64,000 bases of DNA. It comes from Camelus ferus. Its lineage: Eukaryota. Both the position numbers and the translations under genes were made by a program. The stretch covers positions 12,586,001 through 12,650,000 of the forward strand of contig NC_045707.1 of NCBI RefSeq assembly GCF_009834535.1, in the 5' to 3' direction. Below the pieces are notes generated by a model. The model worked only from the letters and a program-made list of their open reading frames with translations. It made no database searches and was not told the DNA's origin. Below are positions 35,871 through 45,712 of the stretch, piece after piece (position 1 is the stretch's first letter; each line of letters opens with the position of its first letter).

Positions 35871-36872
35871 CAGGTGACCCTTGAACAACATAGATGTGTA
35901 CTGCACAGGTCCATTTATAAGCAGATTTTTTCCAATAAATATTTTGGAAAAAATTTTGGAGATTTATGACACTATTTAAAAACTCACAGATGAACTACAT
36001 AGCCTAGAAATATAAAAAAATAAGAAAAAATTATGTCATGAATGCATAAAATATATGTAGATATTTGTCTATCTGTAAATAGGTATAGGGAGAGTGATAT
36101 TCTACATAAAATTAGTAATGTTACTTTTCTTACTGTTTTATAACTTTGCTTTTAAAGAATTACATTACCATATAGTATTCCTCTCTCTCTCTCGTATTGG
36201 GAGAAATTGTTTGTCAGCCTGACCTCACAGGTAAGTGGTTTTCAAGCCTGTAACAAGATTCCCAGTGCTGCGTTATGAACATGACTGATGTTGCAAGCCT
36301 TAGAGGTTTTATAACGACTCGTTCATCAGTGTACAGACTGGGCTGCCGTGAGCAGTGGTGTCGATGACACTAGATGGCCATGAAGCAGTTGTATGACTGC
36401 TGCTTCATCATCAGTGCATGAACTGTTACACCCGTAAGTGTGAATTTATTTTCATATTATCTTCTCATTCGTCATGTCTAGCTTTAGTAATATGTGTAAC
36501 ACCGACAGTGTTTTGTATCGTCTAACACAATACTGATGTAAGTACTGACAGAAACGACTCATCTTGTAAGCAGATGATGACACAACTCATGATAAACTAA
36601 TGATATTGATACAGTACAGAATTCTGGATGTATTTTGTCTTCCTTAGGGTTTTCTGTATAATATTTTCTGTAGATACTTTATTGTAAGAATACAGTATAT
36701 AATATATAGCATAAAAGATGTGTTCATTGACTTTGTCTTATTGGTAAGGCTTCCGGTGAATAGTAGGCTATCAGTAGTTGTCTTCTGTTTTGGGGGAGTC
36801 AAAATTACGTGTGGAATTTTGATTGCACAGAGGTGAGTTCCCCTAACCCCCGTGTTGTTTGAGTGCCAACTG
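35871..36872 (+). mobile_element. Tigger2-like (MER28/Tigger2b) TcMar DNA transposon, internally deleted, about 1 kb
   Basis: Terminal inverted repeats caggtgacccttgaacaaca ... tgttgtttgagtgccaactg, 5' TA and 3' CA (mutated TA) TSD. The L1 text continues on both sides. Confidence 0.85.
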
Positions 36873-39800
36873 CATTTTTGTCTTTTCCGTTTTTTTCTTG
36901 GTCAGTCTAGCTAAAAGTTTGTTAATTTTGTTGATCTTTGCAAAGAAACAACTTTGGTTTCATTGATTATATATATTTTTAATTCTACATGATTTGTAGA
37001 GTCAATGTTTGTTTAGATTCACTCACTTTCTTACCATTCTCACTGCTGTGGTTGCCCATCTGTCGTTACATCAGTCTTAATCCTTTCATCTGGTATGATT
37101 TTCTTTATGCTGAAATACATAGTTTAGAATTTCCTTTAGTGAAGATTCTTAGTGTTTGTCTGAAAATGTTTTTATGTTGCCTCATTTTTGAAAGATATTT
37201 CTTTTAAGTATAGAATTTTAGGTTGGTAATTATTGTCTTTCAGCACATCGAAAGTTTCGTTGCATCATCTTCTGGCCTCCATTTTTCTGTCATTGAGAAG
37301 TCAGCTGTAAGGCTGTCATTCCTTTTAGGTAACCTGCCTTTTTCTGTGGTTGCTTTGATTTTCTGTCTTTTGTGATTTCTGTGTTTCACTTGTTTTGTGT
37401 CTTGGTATTCATTTCCTTTTATTTCTGCTTGAGATGCATTGAGTCTTTTGAATCTCTGAATTGTAATTCATCAGTTGTCATCTTTACAACATTAGGTTTT
37501 CTAATCCCCGAATGTTGTAAATAGTGGCAGCAACTTAGAACTAAAAAAATTTAAACTTACATTTGAACTGAATTTAGTAACTGGTCTCAAGATTTAGGCA
37601 GTGACTATTCTTCTTGGAATAGAGGTGACTCTTCATTATACTTTCTCTCTTTCTTCTCTCTCCCTTTTTATACTTTGTCATTATTTAAGTATTTTATTTT
37701 ATGCCTCTTCTAAGACTCCCTGTTAATAGTTGTATTGAGCTTTTCAGCCATATTATTAATAACTATTTAAATTCATATTCAATACCACACTTTAAAGTCA
37801 TGAGCATGTTTTCCTAATCATTCCCATATTGTTGAATGCTTACATGTTCTAATTTTTTTCCATTATAAATCATATTGCATTGTCCTTTTTAAAAACGTTT
37901 TTGCATAAGCCTTTTCCCACATCAGCCAGATTCCTTAAGCGGTATTCCCTGTTGGATGTAATTATTAAATCTGAGATTTATATTTTTTAAGCCTTAAACA
38001 TTATTCTAGATTTGTTAACATATATATAAAAATAATATATGCTTTTAGCATAAATATGATTATATATTATAGTCCTTGTTTTATATCATTTCTGATTATG
38101 TATTTCCTACCTTTAAAAAATTCCAATAGAGAAACTCTTCATTAGGCGGGGTTTGCTGCTGTCTACTGTCTTATTTATATCAGCTGTTCACTTGTATTTA
38201 GCACTCCACGTGGAATTACGTCTTCATTTCACTAGGCTTTTCCTCCAGTATATGTTTCAGGAAGGGCACAGTGGGGGCCAGGGTACCGCCCAGCTTTGTT
38301 GGGGTTCAGTGACCAGGCAGTGGGGGTTCTTTTTCTTGTGGGTGCTGCAGTGGACCAGCTCATATGTGGATGGATTTCCCCACCTCCCAGGCCCCCAGTG
38401 TCCATTGGTGTTGGCTGCTGGCAGGCAGGTGACTGCCTCCACTCCTGCTCTGCTTGTGTTGTCTCTGAGGAAACAGTATCTTCAGGTACATAGGCACAGG
38501 TCCCTCTCTCTTCCTTGTATAGACTGGAACAGGATTCCTGCCTCAGCAGGCAATCGGAAAAGGAGCTCTAAGGAGGCCACTAAAGTTTGGACGTTCCCAG
38601 GACCCACTTTCTTGATTTTAATTTTTACCTCAATGGGAATTTGTGATATTTATGCCATCATAGCATAACCAGGACAATTACTTATGTCTCACAGTTTCCG
38701 TGGGTGATCCTGTGTGCTTCTGAAGTTCTGTCACCTTTCCATCAGTGCCACATTTTTACTCTCTCTGGAAAGTTAAGACGGCAGAAGTCCCACTATTTCA
38801 GGAGGTAACATGTCTCTAGTCACCTTCCCAGTAGTGAGTTTCTCCATGCAGGGCTGAGGTTGCCCTCAGTCTGGGTTTTGACAAGGTAAGGTGTTTTCTC
38901 TCCGTAGAGAAGGGGACTAGACCCTTCCTTGGTCACCTGTGTGTCTCTAGGACCCATCACGGTCCTTGCACCTTGTGAAGTTGGTTAGGGTGATCTCCCC
39001 ACCAGGATGTCCTAAGCTATCTCAAGTGGACACTTCTGCTCTCTGACAGCAGCCTGGCACTCAGACAGGTGATGCTGCAGGGAGACACATGGCCAATGGG
39101 GAGGTGCATCTCCATCCTCTCAAGGTCTTTGGATCCCAAACTTAACCAGGAGGCAGAGCCTGGGACAGGGACAGAATCAGGGCAGTGTCCAGAAAGCTGG
39201 CCTCCAGCTTGAGGTCCACCTTAAGGCAGGGCCCCTTCCATCCTTTACTGCCATCTGATACACTGGGCAGGGGGTGTTGGGAGGAGCAGGTAGGTGAGAT
39301 ACCTGAGGATAAGCAGAGCCCAGGCTGGGAGCCAGGGGTGTGCCTTGGCCAGCCTGCTGCCTGCGTCAGGGAGCACCTGTGTCCCAGAAGAAGAAACAAG
39401 CATGTGTTGTGGGGGGCCTGCCTCTGTCCCAGGAACTCCAGGCTCTTTTTCATGTCTGGGCCCTATCTGGCATCTGTCCCAAGACTGACTTACTCCTCAG
39501 CTTAAGTGAGAAGAAGATGCAGGAGACAGGGCTTGTCCCTGGGAAACCAAGCACTGAGAGGAGGCCAGGCGTATGCACCCCCAGAAGCATCTGCACACAG
39601 GCCTGGAGGGGCCCGAGTCCTGGCGAGGAGGGGTTTGGATGAGGGAAGGCCGAGAACTGAGATGAGACACCCAGGATGACTCCCAGGCTTTCCGAAGGGC
39701 CCAGTGACGGCAATGGGAGCCGGCCGGGTTCCCCACCGGTGTGAGTGGCACCTGGCAGTCAAGACTTTCCAGAGGGCACAGGGGGAGGCCCAAGAGGCCA

Positions 39801-40689
39801 GGCCAATGAGGAGGGAAAAACAACTTTTGGATTTTCTTTATTTCGTTCATTTTTCACTCTCGATATCTCTGCTGAACTCGGGGTAAGAAGGTCCAGGGGC
39901 TGCTGGACGAGGGTGTGGGAGGCTCAGCCTTGGCCGCTCGGGCTCTGCTGTGGACCCTGGGAGGGGAACAGTGTTAGCCTCCACGTCACGCATGTGGTGA
40001 CGGGAGGGCACAACTTCCTCAGCAGCCCATCCCTGTGCTGGGGCGGACAGATGCCCCTGACCCCTGCACGCCCTCCTCAGGGAGACCAGCCCCCTCCTCT
40101 CCTGTTAGCTCACAGTGGAATGGTCTCCTCAGGTTTCTGGTAATTTCATCAGGGCCGCATCATGTTGCTGAAACTACAGAGAACATCTTCCTGTGGGTAA
40201 CTCTTCCCTGCCGGAGCCCCCTGAGGCTGGACCCGAGCTCAGAGGAGGGACACGGGGCGTGGGGGACGAGCTTGGGGGTGTGAGGTCTGTTAGGCAGAAG
40301 CCAGTTGGCTGGGATGCCCGAACAGTGTTGAGAAACACTGCCATTTGCCACTAGAACCTACGGAAAAAGAGAAGGGGCAGGAGCTTGGTGGGGGGCCTGA
40401 GCTCCTGGAGCTGCTGTCGACTGTGTTGTCTCCTGACACCTCCAGCGGGGGGCCTCCTGACAAACCCCCAAGCCCAGGCACAGACACAGAGACCCACCCC
40501 TCCCAGGACAGCAGAGCACTGCCCCAGCCCAGGTCCACCTTAACTGGGCAGCCCTCTGGGCGGGGCAGGGTGCGTCACTGATGCCATCTGCATGGAAAGA
40601 GCCCAGGCCTGAAGCAGGAGTGGTGCACTCAGCGCTCGCGGCCTCCAGTCTCTTGCCTGGCTCCTCACGCTGGGTCAGTGGCCCAGACC

Positions 40690-43600
40690 ATGATCCAGGG
40701 TGCCTCAGAGGCTGACGGCCCCAGCTGGGGCTGGGACGGGGACGGGGACGACGACTGGGATGGCGCCGTGCTGACCCTGCTGGCGCTGGCTGTGGTGGCC
40801 GCCACCGCACTGGCCTTGCACTGGTTTGGCTCTGGGCAGGACCAGGAGGCAGCAGGACCAGCATCCACAGCCCCTCGGACCCAGACTTCTCAGGTGGGAG
40901 GAACTGGGCCAGCCCTGCCCCCAAAGTCCAAGGTCAGTGGTGGCATCAAGGGGCCCAGCTCAGGGCAGGGGAAGTCAGAGCCTCCAGGATGTGGCCAGGG
41001 GAGCCTGGCGGCAGCAAGGGCACAAAATCAGGAGCTCCTGGGAGGTAGAGGTCTGGCTGCCACAGCCGCACCTCCACCCAACACACGTGGTGAGGTGACC
41101 AGTGGAGGGGCCTTGGGACAGCAGCATGGTAATGCCACCCCGGAAGCCCCCCGAGGAAAAGGAAGGGAGCCTCGCAGGCCAGGTGCTGCCCTCCTGGGTA
41201 GGAGCAAAGCACAGGGGGCATCTACACCCCTCCTGATACACTTCACCCCTCAGAGTCCTGGCAGAGAAGTGGAGGTGCAGGTGAAGGCAGGAGGCATCCG
41301 AGCCAAGTCACCAGCTCACCAGGCCCCAGTCCACACAGTGGAACAGGACACCAGGCCCTGGCAACAAGGTGTAGGGTCACCTGGCTCACTGGGGAGGGGC
41401 CCGGGCAGCTGGCGGTGGCAGGTGGGCCACAGCTCAGGAGGCAGAGCCTGCCTGGGCACTGTGGTGAGCGTGTGGGATGCTGTGGATGCAGCCGGTAGCC
41501 TCCCTGCAGGCTCCCAGGGGCTCCCTTTCCTCCGGGAGCTGCCCCCATCACACACTGCACAGACTGGGCCCCTGAAGGATGTCTTAGAGAGGGGGCGTGG
41601 GAAGAGCAGACCTCAGCCAGCCCCAGTCCTAGTTCTGGACTCAGAAGCCAAAGCTGGTGAGAGCAGGGAGGCTGGGACCCTGGCCCCCAGGGAGTCTCAG
41701 GGGTCCCCAGCCTCCATGGAATTCTGGCCCTGGGCACGGAGGGAGGTGGTCATGAGGAGCTTCAGCCAGGCCCCAGGCTCCATTGGCCCATCACCAGAGG
41801 GGCCACAGTGGGGACGCCCACTCTTGTCCCAAGGGCAGGGGACCACAGAGGCCTGCAACGTGGGAGAAGCTGGGGCTAATGGCGCTGGAGACGACGCTGT
41901 CTTCAGTTCAGGGCCTGGAGGGACAAACAAGCGAGGAGGCCACAGCATCGAAGGGAGAGGATCCCTGCAAGGTCAGGTGGCTGGTGGTTCCGACAGAGCT
42001 AAGCTAGCTCCAGACATCCGCAGCTGCACCCCTTTGCGGGGCCCCTCAGTCTTGCCCCCTCCATGCATCTCTAAACCCCTCCCACCCTCAGCTTCCCCAT
42101 CCACAGCACATCCCCACCAAGGTCTCTTAGCTGTATCCCCAACTCTTCTGACCTTGTCTCCTTCAGACTCTTTGCCCCTCAGAGTTAACCAGAGTCCTGC
42201 AGAGGATGAAAATCTCAGAGCAGTGCCAGCCCCTCCCCCAACTGCAGCGCCCACTCCAGCCCCAGCCCCTCCCACAGGTGCAGCCTCTCCCCCAGCCCCA
42301 GCTGCAGCCCCAGCTGCAGCCCCTGCCCCCGCACCAGCCCCAGCTGCAGCCCCTGCCCCAGCGCCAGCTCCAGCCCCAGCCACAGCCCCTGCACCTGCTG
42401 GTGGGTCAAGGCTAGCATCTCGGGAACCCAGTGTTCTCTGCAAGGGCAACCAGGAGGGGCAGTTCTCAACTAGCTGGGGAAACCTTATTTCAATGGTTCT
42501 TAGGAGTCACCCCTTCCCCAGGCAAGAGAGGCCCCAAAGGAGAGCCCCAAGGGCAGCTCTGGAGAGACCTAGAGATCCTAGCACTTCCACATCCTCTGAG
42601 AACAAAGAGTCTGATTCTCCCCTTGAAGAGGCTGTCCACAGCTGTGAGGACAGGCCAGGCTCAGCCGGACTGGTCACAGGGCCAGGCACAGGGGGCCTGG
42701 CTGAGGTTGGAGGTCAACCACAGCAGAGCAGTGCGGAGACCAAGGAGTCTCCCACCACAGTCCCTCCCTCAGGCCCAAGAGGGGATAGAGCTGAGGAGGA
42801 CTGTCCAGACTTGCTGCTGCCCAGAGCCACAATGCCCAGGGCCCCCTCATGGCCACCTGCACAGACCCAGGCTGGGCCTGTACCATCCCCTGCTACAAGG
42901 CCTGTCCCCCGGCCGTGGAAACGCAGCATGTGCGAAATATCCGAGAACTCTGAGCAGGAGGTCAGTCAGGTGGCCTCAGGGCAACACCAAGCACAAGCAC
43001 CAGGGGAGAGGCCCAGCCCAGCAGGCAGCAGAGAGGTCCTCATGGAGAAGCAGAAGGAGGCCCAAAAACTCATGGTGTTTCTGCAGAAGCCTGGGGTCTG
43101 GGGGGTGGTGGAGGGGCCCCAGAAGCCCAGGTCCTCCGCAGGGGACCCAGCTTCCACCGCGGCAGTGGCTCTGCCACGGTGGCGGGACCTGGGCAGCTGC
43201 CTGGATGTGTTGGCCTTCGCCCAGCAGCATGGGGCGCCCGGCCTGGCCCAGGAGACCTATGCCTTGATGAGTGACAATCTGCTGCACGTGCTGGGAGACC
43301 CGAGCCTCTACCGGCAGCTGAGTGGGGCTGACCGGGAGCGCATCCTGAGCCTTCGCACTGGCCGGGGCCAGGCTGTGCTGGGGGTCCTCGTGCTGCCCAG
43401 CCTCTACCAGGTGAGCCGCTCGGGACTCACAAGGCACCCTTGTGCTGCCGAGGCTCCTGCGGTGGGGCCTGTGCCCCCGCCTCTCCACACATACCTGCAC
43501 GTGTTCCACCCCAGAGAGAACACCTGGCGGCCCCTGACCCAGGTTCCCCCAGAGGTCCCGCTTCGGGGCTGCGGTCTCTGCACCCTGCACAACTACCTGT

Positions 43601-44316
43601 TCTTGGCGGGGGGCATCCGTGGATCAGGCGCCAAGGCCATCTGCTCCAACGAGGTCTTCTGCTACAACCCTCTGACCAACATCTGGAGCCAGGTGCGGCC
43701 CATGCAGCAGGCCCGTGCCCAGCTCAAACTGGTGGCACTGGACGGGCTGCTCTATGCCATTGGGGGCGAGTGCCTGTACAGCATGGAGCGCTACGACCCG
43801 CGCACAGACGCCTGGACTTCCCGCGCGCCCCTCCCCGCAGGCACCTTCCCGGTGGTTCATGAGGCTGTGGCCTGCCGTGGGGACATCTATGTCACTGGGG
43901 GCCATCTCTTCTACCGCTTGCTCAGATACAGCCCCGCGAAGGACGTGTGGGACGAGTGCCCCTACAGTGCCAGCCACCGGCGGTCCAGTGACATGGTGGC
44001 CCTGGGGGGCTTCCTGTACCGCTTCGACCTGCTGCGGGGTGTGGGCGCTGCGGTGATGCGTTATAACACGGTGACGGGCTCCTGGAGCCGGGCTGCCTCT
44101 CTGCCCCTGCCCGACCCGGCCCCGCTTCGCTGCGCTGTGCTGGGCAACACCATCTACTGCCTCAACCACCAGGTCACGGCCACCTTCACAGTCTTTGAGG
44201 GGACTGCCCAGTTCCAGGCCAAGGAGCTACAGCCTTTTCCCCTGAGGACCAAAGGGGTCCTCTGCCCATTCATCCTGACTCTGCCCCCGGCAGACCCGCT
44301 GCAGACAGAGCTCTGA
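40690..44316 (+). CDS. KLHDC7B: Kelch domain-containing protein 7B, intronless, long form 1208 aa with N-terminal TM helix, Pro/Ala-rich linker and C-terminal Kelch repeats
   Basis: Uninterrupted ORF, first in-frame ATG in accATG context. C-terminal Kelch motifs (NYLFLAGG, LLYAIGG..MERYDP, DIYVTGG, YNTVTGSW). Second in-frame ATG at 42493 (MVLRSHPFPRQ). Confidence 0.96.
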   Translation: MIQGASEADGPSWGWDGDGDDDWDGAVLTLLALAVVAATALALHWFGSGQDQEAAGPASTAPRTQTSQVGGTGPALPPKSKVSGGIKGPSSGQGKSEPPGCGQGSLAAARAQNQELLGGRGLAATAAPPPNTRGEVTSGGALGQQHGNATPEAPRGKGREPRRPGAALLGRSKAQGASTPLLIHFTPQSPGREVEVQVKAGGIRAKSPAHQAPVHTVEQDTRPWQQGVGSPGSLGRGPGSWRWQVGHSSGGRACLGTVVSVWDAVDAAGSLPAGSQGLPFLRELPPSHTAQTGPLKDVLERGRGKSRPQPAPVLVLDSEAKAGESREAGTLAPRESQGSPASMEFWPWARREVVMRSFSQAPGSIGPSPEGPQWGRPLLSQGQGTTEACNVGEAGANGAGDDAVFSSGPGGTNKRGGHSIEGRGSLQGQVAGGSDRAKLAPDIRSCTPLRGPSVLPPPCISKPLPPSASPSTAHPHQGLLAVSPTLLTLSPSDSLPLRVNQSPAEDENLRAVPAPPPTAAPTPAPAPPTGAASPPAPAAAPAAAPAPAPAPAAAPAPAPAPAPATAPAPAGGSRLASREPSVLCKGNQEGQFSTSWGNLISMVLRSHPFPRQERPQRRAPRAALERPRDPSTSTSSENKESDSPLEEAVHSCEDRPGSAGLVTGPGTGGLAEVGGQPQQSSAETKESPTTVPPSGPRGDRAEEDCPDLLLPRATMPRAPSWPPAQTQAGPVPSPATRPVPRPWKRSMCEISENSEQEVSQVASGQHQAQAPGERPSPAGSREVLMEKQKEAQKLMVFLQKPGVWGVVEGPQKPRSSAGDPASTAAVALPRWRDLGSCLDVLAFAQQHGAPGLAQETYALMSDNLLHVLGDPSLYRQLSGADRERILSLRTGRGQAVLGVLVLPSLYQVSRSGLTRHPCAAEAPAVGPVPPPLHTYLHVFHPRENTWRPLTQVPPEVPLRGCGLCTLHNYLFLAGGIRGSGAKAICSNEVFCYNPLTNIWSQVRPMQQARAQLKLVALDGLLYAIGGECLYSMERYDPRTDAWTSRAPLPAGTFPVVHEAVACRGDIYVTGGHLFYRLLRYSPAKDVWDECPYSASHRRSSDMVALGGFLYRFDLLRGVGAAVMRYNTVTGSWSRAASLPLPDPAPLRCAVLGNTIYCLNHQVTATFTVFEGTAQFQAKELQPFPLRTKGVLCPFILTLPPADPLQTEL
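42225..42400 (+). repeat. Coding Pro-Ala low-complexity repeat (CCAGCC-type units) in KLHDC7B
   Basis: [58 protein letters not shown]. Confidence 0.9.
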
Positions 44317-45400
44317 GTGTTTGCGGGAGGAACCTGACTTCAGTGCTGCTCTCCAGGGAGACACTGGGGCCTCGGGGGATCTCAGGGCAGGTGGGGCCCA
44401 GGGAGGAGGCTGGGATCCAGAACTTTCTGCTGTTGTTTCTGGGACAACTTTCGTTTTCTGTTCTAATCAGCCTCCTGACGCCTTTCCCCTCCCCTCTCTT
44501 GAGCCCTCTCCGTGTCTAAGCCCAGGCTCCCTGCACCTGGGAGCTGGTCCTTGGTTCCCTAGACTGGTTCCTCACCTCCCACCAAACCCAGGCTGTTTCC
44601 TGCCTTTGTGACTTCCTTCCCTCCCTGGTTACACAGCACCTCAGCTGGCTCACACACTCCTCCAGGCAGAGCTCTTCTCTCACAGTACCATCCCACTGCC
44701 TGGAAATAATCTGCACGTGGGACTCCTTGGGCTCCGAGAGCCTGATGTGTCCCCGGGGGCCAGAACTTGGCTCACCAAGGACCTTGGGGACCCCTGAGCC
44801 GAGGGAAGGAGATGACTGGGAACACATTCGTGTTCTGTCCCTGGGGCTACAGGCCAGGCAAGGAGCCCTCACGGGGTGGGAAGGGGGAACAAGGAGCAAA
44901 GAAGTCCCCAGGAAAACATCCTTGCCTCTGGGACTGCCTGCCTGTCCCAAGGCCTCTGGGACCCTGCTTTGCTCTCCCCTGGAAGCAAAGCCCTCCTTTG
45001 TCTGACCTCAAGGGCCTCGAACCCTTGTCTGTGAAAGCATCCTGCTGCCCAGAGCCCAGCCCAGACTGGCCAGGACCACTCAGCTCATGCCCCTACGCAG
45101 CCTTGTGGGGTCTCTGCCACCTGCTTAGCCCCTCCAGAAGCCTGCTCCACTTCCCACCAGTCCTTTTCCTAGGTGAGGCCTGGGTTTTGCCCTCACTCTG
45201 TCCCTTCTTAGCTGAGTGGACTTGGATGAGACATCTAACATCCCTTCTCTTGTCTGTGAATCGGGGCTGGTGGACACCTGCCTCTCAGGAGAGTTGTGAA
45301 AACACAGGGACATACTGAGCACCCAGCAGCGCGCCCAGGACACAGAACTGAATACATAATGTTCCCTCTCACCCACTTTGGAACTCCCTGTAGGAAGGTA

Positions 45401-45406
45401 AATAAA
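45401..45406 (+). terminator. Candidate KLHDC7B polyadenylation signal AATAAA
   Basis: First AATAAA after the stop, about 1.1 kb downstream and before the convergent SYCE3 3' end. Confidence 0.55.
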
Positions 45407-45712
45407 TCCGACTGAAACCGCTGCCTGTCCCACCCTCTGACCTGGTTTGTCCCCAGCTGGCTTCTTTTTCGCCCTTTATTCTGTTCGGCACCACTGGCAC
45501 TAAGTACATTTAATTCCTCAAGAGCATCTTGCACTTCTCATGTGTTGTTCACGAGGACTGATGTGCAGCTGGTGGGACAGAAAGGGTCCTCGGGCTGTGC
45601 TTGAAAATAGGTTTACTGAGAAGTAAGTTCTGCGCCAAAGGCCGTGCACTGGGGTCGCCCTCCCTCTGTGAAGCTTCTGTGCGCTGTGGTGCGGCTGGGT
45701 GGCGAGTGGGGG

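Larger units (their letters stand above)
31990..37450 (-). mobile_element. Old fragmented L1M element(s), 3' end through ORF2 to ORF1 pieces, split by a SINE, an N gap and Tigger2
   Basis: Typical minus-strand L1 text (aagggtacagttcagtggcacttaatacattcac; gtggcatctcattgtggctttgatttgcatttccc; agaacctccagtacaatgt; gagaagtcagctgt). Confidence 0.8.

Noticed and set aside
40678-40689. GTG start giving 1212-aa KLHDC7B
   Set aside because: An ATG in good Kozak context lies 12 nt downstream and matches the remembered ortholog start MIQG.
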